Shown: positions 15,427 through 35,239, numbered from the stretch's first letter. The stretch is 64,000 nucleotides of DNA from the human T2T-CHM13v2.0 reference genome, Homo sapiens (GCF_009914755.1 NC_060926.1), one strand, 5' to 3'. Notes: generated from the sequence alone by a model not told the origin. Translations and numbers: made by a program.

Positions 15427-16706
15427 AGAAATCTTGTCTTTATTAAACTGAGAGTGGTGGTAGAATGGCAGAAGATGCTCCTTTTTGTCATGTAACATGA
15501 AGTAGAAGGATTTGAAGGGTTTTTCGTATAGAAGGTATTTTATTTGGAACCATAGCAAGAACTTGATGCCTTAGAGTAGTTATTACGTGACCAGTTATGT
15601 TGAGGCAAGACTTGATGAAGTTTAGTCAACTGTTAGTCCACCTACTTTTGATTTCTTTCTTGCCCTAATAACAGGCTGCCTCTGGGATGTACTAATGATG
15701 ACAGATGAGACACTGGTCACACTGGTAGGAAGGGACTTCATGTGGTGCAAAGTACCTTGAAATTATCTCTGATGAAATCATGAGGGGAGAAGGGCTGATG
15801 AAGTACCCTGCCCTCAGTAAAGTATTGGTGGAGTGTCTGGTAGACACGGAGAGGTTGTGTGACCCAAACCGGATGAGGCAGGAAGTTATATAATGCTAAT
15901 TGAAGAATTCTGCATTATAAGTTCCTTTTTGGTCCTCCTCTAATGAAATTGGATTGTTTCTATTTCCCATTAGGCTTTGGTGAGGAGAAGTTTGTGGTGA
16001 TTATCTAGATGCTGAGGGATTCAGAGAGAAGCCCCAAACATTTCTGTTTAACTTCATTTTTTTAGGGACCAGCTTTCCACATGGGAAATAGTTGCCTTTT
16101 TCTCTGATGTCTGCCACTGTTAGCTTTAATCACTTTTAAAAGGTTGAATGCAAAACTCTAGCAACAGTTATACCAAGAAGGAGCTATTATTATTTTTGTT
16201 TAATCCTTTTACTTATGGCACAGTATTAAACAAGGTCAGAAATTTACATGTTTCTTTTTAATTTTAGTTAAGTTTTGTAAATGAAAAAAAGAATTGTTCT
16301 GAGATTTTTTTGTTGAAATAATGCATTTATTTTCTTTATGTTTCACTGAATTTTTGCCAGTTCAAATCAGTCTTTTATAATAGTTTGCAAGTAAGGATGC
16401 CTTATAAGTTTTATGACTGAAATATGTCTTATTAACAAAAAACAATTTTTAATAAATGAATTAGGGCCCAATTTGTGTTGTGTAGGATTATTATTGGTTA
16501 AGACCATATTTTTTTGATTTATTTAAAAAATTTATTTGATTGATTTAAGACTGATTTATTGAGGTATAGTTGACAGGTTATAAACTCTAAAGTGTACAGT
16601 TTGTTAAGTTTTGACATATGTGTGTACTTGTAAGACTATCATCACAAACAGGACATTGATCATATCTATTATGCCCAAAGCTGTTTTCATACCCCTGGCT
16701 CCCTGA

Positions 16707-17023
<317 letters not shown>

Positions 17024-17458
17024 TAACTGATGTTTTTATCACTGTACATTAACTTTCATTTCCTAGAATTTCCTCTTATTTTATATAAATGGAACCACAC
17101 AATATGTAGTTATCCTTCTTTCACTCAGCATAATTGAGAGTCATCCCTGTTGTTAAGTGTATTAGTAGCTGATTCCTCTTTATTGCTGAGTAATATTGCA
17201 TTGTATGGATGTACCTCAGTTTATTAATACATTTACCTACCAATGGACATGTTGGTTGTTTCCAATTTTAGTTATTAACAAATAAGGCTTCTATAAAAAT
17301 TTTGTTTACAAGGCTTTGTATGGACATATGTTTTTATTCCTCTTGGTTAAATACCTAGGAGTAGAATGGCTGGATCATATAATAGGTATATGCTTAACCT
17401 TTAAGAAAACTGTCAATGTTTAGTTATCCGTAAGTATTTCATAGTTTTTGGTGCTATT

Positions 17459-17808
17459 TGATATGGTTTGGTTTTAGGTCCCCACCCAAATTTCATGTTG
17501 AATTGTAATCCCTACGTGTCGAGGGAGGGAAGTAACTGGATTATGGGGCTGGTTTCCCCCATGCTGTTCTTGTAATAGTGAATTCTCACAAGATCTGATG
17601 GTTTCATAAATGGTAGTTTTTCCTTTGTTCTCACATGCTCTCTCACTTGCCTGCCGCCGCCGTGTAAGACATGCCTATTTCCTCTTTCACCATGATTATA
17701 GTTTCCTGAGTCTTTCCCAGCCGTGTGGAACTGAGTCAATTAACCCTCTTTCCTTTATAAATTACCCAGTCTTGGGTATTTCTATCAGTGTGAGAATGGA
17801 CTAATACA
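17459..17808 (+). mobile_element. THE1-type (THE1D-like) MaLR solo LTR
   Basis: TGATATGGTTTGG...GGACTAATACA; perfect 5-bp TSD CTATT at 17454-17458 and 17809-17813. Confidence 0.93.
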
Positions 17809-17909
17809 CTATTAAAATTATATTTTTAAAATTTATATTTCTGATTGACACTAGTATATAGAAATATGATTGATTTTTTTACATTAATCTTCTCCATCAA
17901 TCTGGCTAA

Positions 17910-18239
<330 letters not shown>

Positions 18240-18580
18240 TCCTAGAGCTTTTTAATAGATTCCATTGGATTTTCTATGTAAAGATTATGTCATCTGTGAA
18301 TACAGTTTTAATTCTTCCTTTCCAGGCTTTTATTTCTTTTTCTTATTGCACTGGCTGCAATCCCCAAGTAACAATGTTAAATAGAGATGGTGAGAGCAGA
18401 TTACTTGTCTTGTTTCTTCTCTTAGGGAGAAAGCATTTAGTCTTTCACCATTTGTATATGCATTTTATCACTGGAGAAGTTTTCTTCTATTTCTAGTTTA
18501 CTGAGATTTTTTTTTTTTTCGAGAGTGAACATTGGGTTTTGTTAAGTGCTTTTTCTGAATCTACTGTGATGATCATATGA

Positions 18581-18876
18581 TTTTTTTTTTTCGAGACAGG
18601 GTCTTGCTCTGTTTTCCAGGCTGGACTGCAGTGGCATGACTGTGGTTCACAGTAGCCTTGACCTCTGGGGCTCAAGCAGTCCTCCTACCTTAGCCTCCCA
18701 AGTAGCTGGGACCACATACTACACCTGGCTGATTTTTTTTTGTTTGTTTGTTTTTTAGTAGAGATGAGGTCTTGTTATGTGGTCGAGGCTGGCCTTGAAC
18801 TCCTGAGCACAAGCAGTCCTCCCACTGTCACCTCTTAAAGTGTTGGGATTACAGGTGTGAGCCACTGCACCCAGCC
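18581..18876 (-). mobile_element. AluJ-like element
   Basis: Diverged antisense dimer. Confidence 0.9.
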
Positions 18877-19863
18877 ACTTTTCATTTGTTAATATGGTGA
18901 AATATCGCATCGATTTTCAAATACAGCCATTTGTTGCCTAACAATGGAGATGCATTCTGAGAAATGCATTGTTAGGTAATTTTGTTGTGCAAACCTCATA
19001 GAGTGTACTTTCACAAATCTAGATGTTGTAGCCTACTACACACCTAGGCTATATGGTAAAGCCTGTGGCGCTTAGGCTACAAAACTGTACAGCATGTGAC
19101 TGCATTTAATACCATAGGCAATTGTAATAGAATGCTAAGTATTTATGTATCTAGATGTATCTATACATAGAAAAGGTACAGTAAAAATACAATATAAAAG
19201 ATAAAAAAATGGTACACCTGTATAGGGCATTGACCATGAATGGAAGTTGCAGGCTTGGAAGTTGCTCGGGTGAGTCAGTGAGTGAGTGGTGAATGAGTGT
19301 GAAGGCCGAGGACATTACTGTGCACTACTGTCGACTTTACAAACACAGTACACTTAAGCTATACTGAATTTATAGAAAACATTTTTTCTTTCTTCAATAA
19401 TAAATTAACCTTAGCTTACTGTGACTTTTTTTACTTTATAAACTTTAATTTTTTATAATATTTTGATTCTTATAATAATACTTAGCTTAAAACACAAACA
19501 CATTGTACAGCTGTACAAAAATACTCTATGTCCTTATTCTATAAACTTTTTTCTATTTATTACTTTTTAAAATTTTTTGTTAAAAACTAAGACACAAACA
19601 CACACGTTAGCCTAGGCCTACATAGAGTCAGGGTCATCAGTATCACTCTCTTCCACCTTGACATCTTGTCCTGCTGAAAAGTCTTCAGGGGCAGTACATG
19701 CATGGAGCTGTCATCTCCAGTAACAGTGCCTTCTTCTGGATACCTCCTGAGGGACCTGCTTGAGGCTGTTTTATAGTTAACATTTTACAGTTAAATTACT
19801 TATTTGATTTCCAAATTGTACTTTAGGTTTGGAGGTGCGTGTACAGGTTTGTTACATGGGTAA

Positions 19864-20512
<649 letters not shown>

Positions 20513-20536
20513 CATCTTTTTTAAATAAGTAGGAGT

Positions 20537-21022
<486 letters not shown>

Positions 21023-21134
21023 CTAGTGGGTTGTGCTACACTGTTGGGATGGCTGTACTGTCACCAGGTGTTAGGAATTTTTCAGCTTCCCTATAATCTT
21101 ATGGGACTGCCATAGCATATATGTCTGTCATTGA

Positions 21135-21476
<342 letters not shown>

Positions 21477-21479
21477 TAA

Positions 21480-21870
21480 AAGTAACCTTTCATTCCTGGG
21501 ATAAACCCCACTTGATTCTGCCATATTCTTATTCTATTTATATATTGTTGCAATTGATTTCCTAAAATCTGGTTTAAAAAATTTGCATTTCTGTTTATGA
21601 ATGATACTGGTTTGAACTGTGTTTTGTAATATCTTTGTTTTTGATATCAGGGTAACGCTGGAAACCTTGAATGAATTGGAAAATGTTCCTTTTCTTCGGT
21701 TTTCTGGAACAGTTTGCATAGAACTGGTATAGTTTCCTTAAATGTTCAGTGGAATTTACCAGTGAATCCATCTGGTCTCAAGTTTTCTTTGTAGAAAAGT
21801 TTTTAACTGCAAATTCAATTCCTTTTTGCCATATAAGGCTATTAAAGTTATCTATTACTTGAACGAACTT
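21480..21870 (-). mobile_element. Old L1M ORF2 fragment
   Basis: ATTCCTGGGATAAACCCCACTTG, GGAATTTACCAGTGAATCCATCTGG. Confidence 0.8.
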
Positions 21871-22194
21871 AACACACTTTTCAGAAGATCCGTATGTATA
21901 TATTTACATGTTTATACACACACACACACACGTATATATTTTTGTAGAAGCCTTGAAAGAAAGAGAGAATCAAACAAAATACATAGAAACAAATGAGCTG
22001 GACATACAGATAAAGCTGTGATTCACCCAGAACTTAAACAAATCACAAATTTCATAGTTTAATATTGGTACAGAAGCAAAACAACAAACAAATAATACAT
22101 TTTCCCACTTCAGTAATAAAATATGGGAAGACCTGACTATGAGGGTAGAGATCAAGGCTAAATAAAGCTTTATTTATTTACATTAAAATATAAT

Positions 22195-22323
22195 TTTATT
22201 TTTATAGAGACAGGGTCTCACTGTGTTGCCCAGGCTGGTTTTGAACTCCTTCAGCTCAAGGGATCCTCCTGCGTAGACCTCCCAAAGTGTTGGGATTACA
22301 GGTGTGAGCCACCACACCCAGCC
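22195..22323 (-). mobile_element. FLAM / Alu left monomer
   Basis: Monomer flanked by AAAGCTTTA repeats. Confidence 0.85.
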
Positions 22324-23004
22324 AAAAGCTTTAAATCATTGGTGATTATTACAAGCTGCAACTCGGGCTACATATGTTACTGGGAGCTGATTACTCCTAT
22401 ATCTCACTGCAGCATAGAGTTTAGTTATGGCTTTTCCCCACAATATTGTGAGTTTAATGTGGAGAACTGTGAAGAAAAACAAAAGAAACCCCAACTAATA
22501 ATTACAACAACTATAACAACAACCACAATAATAATAATTAATAATAAACCCCTAAGGGATGTATGAGCTGGTTTTAATTAAGTAGACTAAGAGATACTGG
22601 TTCTGACTTGCATTCATCTCTACAGTAAATAAAACCTTGTTTTTAAAAAACTTCCCATGTTCCTAATACAGTTAAAAAAATATATATATATACTTTAACC
22701 TTTTTCCTTTCATATGCAAAGATGTTACTTTTCATTATCTCAAGAATATCTTCCTTTGAAGTCTGTGAGGGTGGATTTCAGCCACCAGAAATTGGTGAAG
22801 TGGGGGACAAGAGGGTGTGCTTGTCTCTGTGTGCACAAGTCTAAGTAAAAGAGGAGCACATAGGGGCCAAAAAGGGACAGGGGAGGGAAGCTGGAGCAGA
22901 AGGACACCTCCCTAGGGGAAGGCAGGAGGCTCTAAGTAGTGGAGCAAAAACATGGGTCCCTGGCAGCAGACTGGCTGGAATAGCCTCAAGGTCTCAGCTG
23001 TCAA

Positions 23005-23249
23005 TTTTTTTTTCAGTCTTTTTTCCTTCTTTGTTTCATTTTGGATAATTTCTCTTGCTACATCTTGAAGTTCCTAATTTTTTTTTTCTGTGGTGTCTAA
23101 TCTGTTGTCCCATTCAGTGTATTTTTCATCTCAGTTGACATGGTTTTTATCTCTAGAAGTTTAATTTGGATCTTTTTTTTTTTTTTTAATATCCCAGGTC
23201 TCTTAACATAGCCAGTCTTTAGCTTCTTGAACATATGGAATACAATTCT
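23005..23249 (-). mobile_element. Old L1M fragment (ORF1-region-like)
   Basis: TTTTCAGTCTTTTTTCC...TCTAGAAGTTTAATTTGG...TTCTTGAACATATGGAATACA. Confidence 0.7.
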
Positions 23250-24485
<1,236 letters not shown>

Positions 24486-24980
24486 TGGAATACAATTCTA
24501 ATAACTATTACTTTCCTGTTCTTTATTCTCACTTATTTCTATGTTCTCATTCCCAGTCCTCCTTCTTCTTCTCTCTCTCTCTTACTCTCTTTTTCTCTCC
24601 TCTTTCTCTCTTAGACATACACACACATACACACACACACACCCCTGTTTAAGAAGTAAATGTGAATATGGAAAGCAGATGAGAAGGGAGGTTGGATTGA
24701 ATTGTGGAGTATTTATTTCAGTTTTTATTTCAATAGTTTTAGGGGTACAAGAGGCTTTCTTTACATGGATGAATTGCATAGTGGCGAAGTGTTGGCTTTT
24801 AGTGTACCCATCACCCCTATAGTGTACATTACAACTCTTTTCTATTTAACTACTGTATGCTTCTGATCCAGGGAAGGTATCTTTTAAAATTTCCTTTAAT
24901 TCCCTAATACAGATCCTTCTTGACTTCTGATGGCGTTGCATTCCAATAAACCCATCATAAGTTGAAAATGTCATAGATTG

Positions 24981-25314
<334 letters not shown>

Positions 25315-25364
25315 TCATAGCTTAGCTTAGCTTACCTTAAATGTGTTCAGAACACTTATGTTAG

Positions 25365-25697
<333 letters not shown>

Positions 25698-27859
25698 ACA
25701 CAAAGTCTTTTTTATAATAAAGTGTTGAATACCTCATGTAACTTATTAAATACTGCACTGAAAGTGAAAAACTGGTCATGGGGTCCTTGAAGTACAATTT
25801 TACTGAATGAATATAGCTTTTGCACCATTGTAAAGTTGAAAAATTGTAAGTTGAACCATCATAAGTTGAGGACCGTCTGTCTGTACAATCTTATATATAA
25901 TTAATTCAGAGGTTTATTGATTGATTGATAACATTTTCATGCTGTAGCACCCTTAGTTCTACTTTATTAGCACTTGTGATTGTATTGTTTATTGTATAAG
26001 AAGTCTTAAATCCTGTGTTCATAAAATTCCTTCCAAAGAAGTCAGCATACTTCATGCTAATTAATTTATTGATTGTCTCAGCCTTTGGCTTTTACCATAC
26101 CCAAAGAGTATCCCACTTCCTCAGGCATCCAGGATCCTGCCTCAGCTTAAGGGTCATTGTGTGATCTTGTACTGTGCTAATGAAAGGAACACTCAGATTA
26201 TAGTATTGTGGGCAGAGCCCAGGCCTGATTCTCGGGGACTTCGAAACTTCTGGCCAGTAGGAAGGAATACATGTGACACTGTCCTTGAACTCAAAACTAC
26301 CCACCACATGTAGAATTTGCTCTGACACTGCAAATACTCAATTGGACTCAGTGTAATATTTGTATCTCAAAGGAATTGAAAGCTGAGATTTCAAATGGGT
26401 TTCATGGAATTTTGATCAGTTAGAAAATAATTAATGGAAAACTAGCTGTTAAAATTGTCTCATTCTTCTTGCAGTGCTTTTAATTGTGTTACACATGTTT
26501 TTTGTTTTTATTCTTGAGTTCTGGTCTGAAGTGATTGTCAGTGGTTTGTGTTTGATCAGAAGATCCATTGCCCTTTCTTGTATCCCTGCCCTACCTCCAT
26601 GAGTCTCCTTGTGATACAACTTCAGAAGAAAAGATGAAAATCGAGGTTTTTGTTAACTCCTAGAAGGTGATAGAAGGACATGATAGAACCTGGCAGATTT
26701 TCAGTGGAAAAGATTGAGTCTAGAATTAAAAGACTATGTATGTTTTTATATGCATTCTATAGTCTTATTTGTTGGTAATTGAAAAGTTACAAAGTAATGT
26801 ATGCAAAATATGTGTAAGGTATATAGAATAGCAGGACAATGAATACCCAATGTACACAACCACCAGATTAAGAAAACAAAATTATCGTTGCCATTGAAGA
26901 TCTCCGTGCCTTTCTCCTTTCTGAGGTAATCTGAATTTTGTGTTTTCTTTATACTTGAACCACATAGTTTGTATCCCTAAACTGTGGTTTAATTTTACAT
27001 GTTTTTGACACTAATCAAATGGAATCACAGTGCAGATATTTTTATGTGATTTGCTTTTTTCCCATAGCGTCAAATGTGTTTGTTTTGGTCAGATTTTGCA
27101 AATAATCTTGGGCTGCTTCCACATAGACGTATAAGTTTATTTTGTAGTAATTTTCCTTATTCATCTCAGAGAATATGATTTATATGTTTCGGTCTTGTGG
27201 AAGTAAAAGAGAATGATTTCCTAGTGGATAAAAAGAAACCAGTCTCCTTTAAGGCATTCTGTCTCCATGCACTCCACCATCCTCACTCTGGAACCCATTG
27301 CAGAGGAGCTCTTCAAGGGGGTGTTAGCTTTTTCCTCTTTTACCTCGCCTTGGACAGGCTGAGACACCTCCTGCTCCTCAAATAGGTGTGGCCCAGTGCT
27401 TCTTTACCTTGTGTATAAGAATCACCAGGGGAGGGGAGCTTTAAGAATATTCACACCTGTGTGCAAACACTGACCAATTAAATTAGAATGTCTCCTTTAC
27501 ATACAATTAAATTAGAATATTTCTTTTACCTGTTTTTACATTTAAAATTTCAATTTTGTTTTAATGGAGTTGCTTCTTTCATATTGATTGTAGGTCTTTA
27601 CATATTCTGTATATTAATCCTTGGACTCCTATGTGTTAGAAATATTTTCTCCTAGTCAATTGATTTGTCTTTATGATTCCTTTTGGCTTACAGAAGTTTT
27701 TGATTTTTAAAATTTGAGACTTCATCATTATGACATCTGTATTTTGCGTCTTAACTAAGAAGACTTTCTTTACTCCTAGGTTTTAAGCTATTTTTCCTAT
27801 GTTCTTACTGTATTTATAATTTTACTTCCAACATTTAGCACTTTAAGCCACCTACAGTT

Positions 27860-28504
<645 letters not shown>

Positions 28505-29045
28505 TATTTTTTATGTGTAGTAAGAATCTAACTTTTCTTCAAACAGATAGCCAGGTGTGCTATTACCATTTGAGTGGTTCTCTCTCCTAGTGATTTGAAA
28601 TACTTTTAAAATAATTTCCCTAAGGTCTGTTTCTAGACTCTCTGTTTCCTTCTAATGATGTCTTTGCCAATTTCCAGTTGAATATCATAATCTTTTAATT
28701 ACTAGTGTGTCATAGGATGTTTTTCAATTTGATAGAGCAGGTCTTTTCTCGTTACTCTTTTGCAAACATTTCTCATCTATTTTGGGCATTCTTCTATTAG
28801 ATCTTAAAAATTACTTTTTATCAATGTGAAATTCACATCACATAATGTTAGTCATTTTAAAGGAAACAATTTAGTGAGTGTGACTGGTAGTACTTCTTGT
28901 GGTTTTGATTTACATTTTCCTAATGTCTGATGATGTTGAGCATCTTTCCATAAGCTCATTGGCTGTAATTATATCTTCTTTGGAGAAATGCCTGTTCAGA
29001 TCCTTTCCCATTTTTTTTCATTTGATTTTTAAGATAAGCTTGTTA

Positions 29046-29367
<322 letters not shown>

Positions 29368-29497
29368 TTAAAAGGTCATGATTGGAATTTGTGATCACAT
29401 TGACTTTTTCAACTCATTTTTAATGGACCTCTTTATAGTATTGAGTCTTTTTTGATCAAAAGCAGGGTTTATTTGTTTAGGTCCCTTTTATGTTTTC

Positions 29498-29872
29498 AGG
29501 TGATCCTCTTACTTCAGCCTCCTGAATAGCTGGGACCACAGGCATGTGCCACCACGCCTGGCTAATTTTTAAATTTTTTTAAATTTTAATTTTTGAGACA
29601 AAGTCTCTGTTGCTCAGGCTGGAGTGCAGTGGTGCGATCTCGGCTCACTGCAACCTCTGCCTCTCAGGTTCAAGTGATTCTTATGTCTCAGCCTCCTGAG
29701 TAGCTGGGATTACAGGCATGCACCACCATGCCTGGCTAATTTTTGTATTTTTATTAGAGATGGGGTTTCTCCATGTTGGGCAGGCTAGTCTTGAAATCCT
29801 GACCTCAAGTGATCTGCCTACCTTGGCCTCCCAAAGATCTGGGATTATAGGCGTGAACCACTGTGGCCAGCC
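29498..29872 (-). mobile_element. Alu fragment (29498-29570) plus AluS-like element (29590-29872)
   Basis: Antisense Alu sequence. Confidence 0.88.
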
Positions 29873-30222
29873 TTCCTTCATGTTTTTAAAAATAATTTTA
29901 AAATTCAAATTAGATTTCACACCCTACTAGCTTGTGATTTTGGTTGCTACTTAGAATTGATCTTTTTTTCTCCTTGCATTTTCAAATTTATCATTGTTGG
30001 CATATAGGCATGTTATCAATAATATAATTTGTGAGTATGTCATTTTAGATGTTCTAGATAGTCATTTTATCTGTAAATAATAAACACATAGTCTCTTTTC
30101 CAATATTTATTCCTCTTCCTTTTCTGATTATGTTGGCTAGGGCTGCTTCAGCTTAGTGTTGAGTTGTAGGTGGTATCTCCTCCTAACTGTAATGGGAATG
30201 TCAGTAATGTTATACTGTTAAG

Positions 30223-30227
<5 letters not shown>

Positions 30228-30270
<43 letters not shown>
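30228..30270. repeat. (TA)n microsatellite
   Basis: About 21 TA units. Confidence 0.95.
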
Positions 30271-30274
<4 letters not shown>

Positions 30275-30384
30275 CATATTTACATATTATATATCATATT
30301 TATATATAAATAAGTTAACATATGTTTATTTTAATTAAGTGCTTATTAAGTGTCCTTTTTTTTAGATGTTTAATACTAATTGGT

Positions 30385-30682
30385 GGCCAGGCGTGGTGGC
30401 TCATGCCTGTAATGCCAGCATTTTGGGAGGCTGAGGTGGGTGGATTGCTTGAGTCCAGGAGTTCAAGACCAGCCTGGGCAACATGGAGAAACTCCGTCTC
30501 TACTAAAAACACAAAAATTAGCTGGGCATCATGGTGCGTGCCTGTAATCCCAGCTACTCGGGAGGCTGAGGCATGAGAATCGCTTGAACCTGGGAGGCTG
30601 AGGTTGTGGAGCTGAGATTGTGCCACTGCACTCCAGTGTGGGTGACAGAAGTGAGGCTCTCTCTCAAAAAGAAAAAAAAAAA
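30385..30682 (+). mobile_element. Alu (S/J-like)
   Basis: Dimer; TSD ATACTAATTGGT/ATACTAGTTGGT. Confidence 0.93.
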
Positions 30683-31301
30683 AGAAATACTAGTTGGTGA
30701 TAAATTTTGTCATATTCTTTTTTGGACATTTGTTAAGTTCACCTCCCCCTATTGCTATATAGTGAGTTATATTTAATAGATAGACTCTTATAGGATATAC
30801 TTGCTTGAGTGTGTAATCTTCAATATATTGTGGGGATTCATGTTGTTAATATTTTATTTAGGATTTTTGCATCTATGTTCATAAATGAGATTGGCCTGTA
30901 TTCTTTGCTTTCCTTACTTGGCTTTGCAATCTAGAATACACTTACTTACAGCATGGTAGCGGGTTTTTCATCTTAGTCTGTGCTTTGGAATAGTTTACCT
31001 AACATGGGAAGCAAGATATTATATTTGTCTTTACATTTGTTTATGATGTATTATATATTCAATACTTACGTATTTCATCTTTCTGCAGTTAAATCTTTCA
31101 ATCTTTTTATGGTTTTGTGTTTTATGATAACTTCTTTAATCTGTCAAGTTTAGTGTGAAGTAGATAAAGAATGTTTTATTTCTTTTCCCTGTATAGCTCC
31201 ACTATTATATTACCATTTAGTGAGAAATCTTTTTTCTATTGATCTGAAATGCCTCCTTTATCATATACTAAATAATTTCTACATTTGGATTTGTTTCTTA
31301 G

Positions 31302-31640
<339 letters not shown>

Positions 31641-31827
31641 TAAACTCTTTTGAAAACTAGATTGAAAGACAAGTATATTTTTAAGCTGACTTTAATGCAT
31701 TTTAATTAATCAGGCTTTGCTTTAGTTTCACTCTATGTATTTTACATTCCTCTGCCTTTATTGGAAAAGTTATTTGAGATCATCAGAGAGGAGTTTTCAG
31801 TGGATCTCCTAAGCTTGGTTTTAGTGG

Positions 31828-32031
31828 TGTATTGATTTACTGAGGCTGCCATAGGAAAGTATCACAAACTGAATGGCTTATAACAATAGAAATTTATTAT
31901 CTCACAGCTATGAAGGATAGAAGTGTGAGATCAAGGTGTTGGCAGGGCTGGTTCCTCCCAAAGGCTTTGAAGGAGAATCTGTTGCATGTCTCTGTTAGCC
32001 TGTGTTGGTGGCTGGTAATCTTTGGCTTGTA
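31828..32031 (-). mobile_element. MLT1-type LTR fragment
   Basis: GGCTGCCATA...AGAAATTTATTATCTCACAG...GAGATCAAGGTGTTGGCAGGGCTGG. Confidence 0.8.
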
Positions 32032-32034
32032 AAA

Positions 32035-32241
32035 CAGGGATCCTGAACTGTCCGTGGCCTGTTAGGAACTGGGCCACAACAGCAGGGGATGAGTGGTGAG
32101 CAAGCATTACTGTTTGAGCTCCACCTCTGTCAGATCAGTGGTGGCATTAGATTCTCATAGGAGTGCGAACCCTGTTGTGAACTGCATGTGAGGGATGTAG
32201 GTTATGTGCTCTTTATCAGAATCTAATGCCTGATGATTGAG
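32035..32241 (+). mobile_element. MER1B-like (hAT-Charlie) element, 3'-truncated
   Basis: GTCCGTGGCCTGTTAGGAAC...GGCATTAGATTCTCATAGGAG...AATCTAATGCCTGATGA. Confidence 0.85.
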
Positions 32242-32595
<354 letters not shown>

Positions 32596-32920
32596 TTATT
32601 ATTGGGATATAATAAAAAGGCTATTTTTGTGTATTGTTTTTGGGCATTATTGAACTTATATTCTAATACTTTTTGCGTATTGGATTTTCTAGATAGTGAT
32701 TTCATTTATAATTGATCATTTTGTCTCATTTCTAATATTTATATCACCTTTTTTGTTATGTAGCAGACTATCTCCTTTAGAACATTATTAAATAACAAAT
32801 AGCAGGCTTTTCCTATTCTTAAGTTAATAGGAATGCCTCTGGTGCTTTATCATTATTCATATGTTATTTTATGTTGCTAATTTTTGTTTAAACATTTTTC
32901 CTTTTAGCTTTTATTTTTAA

Positions 32921-33551
<631 letters not shown>

Positions 33552-33554
33552 AAA

Positions 33555-34220
33555 TTAAACTTTTTATTTTGAGCTACTTGTAGAATCACATGCAATTGTA
33601 AGAAATAATGTAGAGAAATCCCGTGTACCCTTCACCTAGTTTTTTCTTGTGTAACTAAGGTACAGTATCACCATCAGGTAACTGCACATACCTTATTCAC
33701 ATTCTACCATTTTCACTTGTACTCCGTATTCAGATTTTACCAGTTTTGCTTTTACTCATTTGTGTGTGTGTTCTGTCACATCTGTAGATTGTGTGACCAC
33801 CACCACAGTCAAGATAAAGAAGAGTTCCATCACAAAGATCCCTTGTGCTACATTTTCATAGCCACAGCCATTGCCCTCTCTCTCTGCCTCCCTAACCCCA
33901 TCTAAGCACTAAACTCTATAATTTTGTCATTTCCAGAATGCTATATAAACAGAATCATATAGTATGTAACCTTTGAGATTGACTTTTCTTTATTCAGTGT
34001 AATTCCTTTGAGATTCATTCAGATTGGTGCATGTATCAATAGTTTGTTTTTCTTCATTGCTGAGTAGTATTCCATGGCATGCATGCATCAGAGCTTGCTT
34101 AACCATTCATCTGTTGAATGACGGTTGTTTTCAGGATTTGGCTATTATGAATAAAGCTGCCGTCAGCGTTCATGTGCAGCTTTCATTTCTCTGGAATAAA
34201 TGCTCATGAGTGCATACACC
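33555..34220 (-). mobile_element. L1MC/MD-like 3' fragment
   Basis: CACATGCAATTGTAAGAAATAAT...CCCTTCACC...GCTATTATGAATAAAGCTGC. Confidence 0.8.
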
Positions 34221-34416
34221 CTTTACTTAGACTCATCTGTTGGTAACATTTTGTCCCATTTGCTTATTATTTCCTTCCTTTCTCTCTCTCCACTTTTCCA
34301 TACACACACAAATATAAACTAAAATTTTTCCTTAACTGCTTGAGAGTAAATTTGACTACATCCTTACTCCCACATACTTCTGTATTTCCAAGAATTAAGG
34401 ATATTTTCTTACATAC

Positions 34417-34982
34417 TGTGATGGTTAATATTAGGTGTCAACTTGATTGGATTGAGGCCTAGATAGCTGGTAAAGTATTGTTTCTGGGTGTGTCTGTGAG
34501 AGTGTTGCCAGAGGTGATTGACATTTCAGTCAGTGGACTGGGAGAGGAAGACCCACCCTCTGTGTGGGCGGACACCATCCAATTGGCTGCCAGTGCGTCT
34601 AGAACAAGTCGGGTAAGCTGGCTTGCTGAGTCGTCTGGCTTTTATTTTTTGCCCATGCTGGATGCTTCAGTCCGCTCCTGGTGCCCTTGGACATCAGACT
34701 CTGGGTTCTTCCGCCTTTGCACTCTTGTACTTACACCAGTGGTTTGCCCGGGGCTCTTGGGCTTTCAGCCACGGACTGAAGGCAGCACTGTTGGCTTCCC
34801 TACTTTTGAGGCTTTTGGACATGGACTGAGCCACTAATGGCTTCTTTCTTCCTCAGCTTGCACATGGCTTGTAGTGGGACTTTGCCTTGTGATTGTATGA
34901 GCCAGTTTTCCTTAATAAACTCCCTTTCATATATGCATATAAACTATTAGTTCTGCCCCTCTGGAGAACCCTGATTAGTACA
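34417..34982 (+). mobile_element. MLT2A-type (ERVL) solo LTR
   Basis: TGTGATGGTTAATATTAGGTGTCAACTTGATTGGATTGA...CTCTGGAGAACCCTGATTAGTACA; TSD CATAC at 34412-34416 and 34983-34987. Confidence 0.93.
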
Positions 34983-35239
34983 CATACCCACAGGAAAGTT
35001 ATCAACTTAATTTAACATAACTTTTGATATAGCTTTTATCAGATCTATCATCTATAACAATTTTGTCAATTCGCCTAGCAACGTCCCTTTTAGCATCTTG
35101 TCCCCTTCTAGTACAGGGGCTGGTCTGGGTCCACATATTGTGTTTCATTGTTATGTTTCCTTTACCTCCTTTAATCTGGGAACAGCTCTTTACATTGTCT
35201 TCTGTGACATTGGCATTTTTGAAGAAGCAAAAATGAGAA

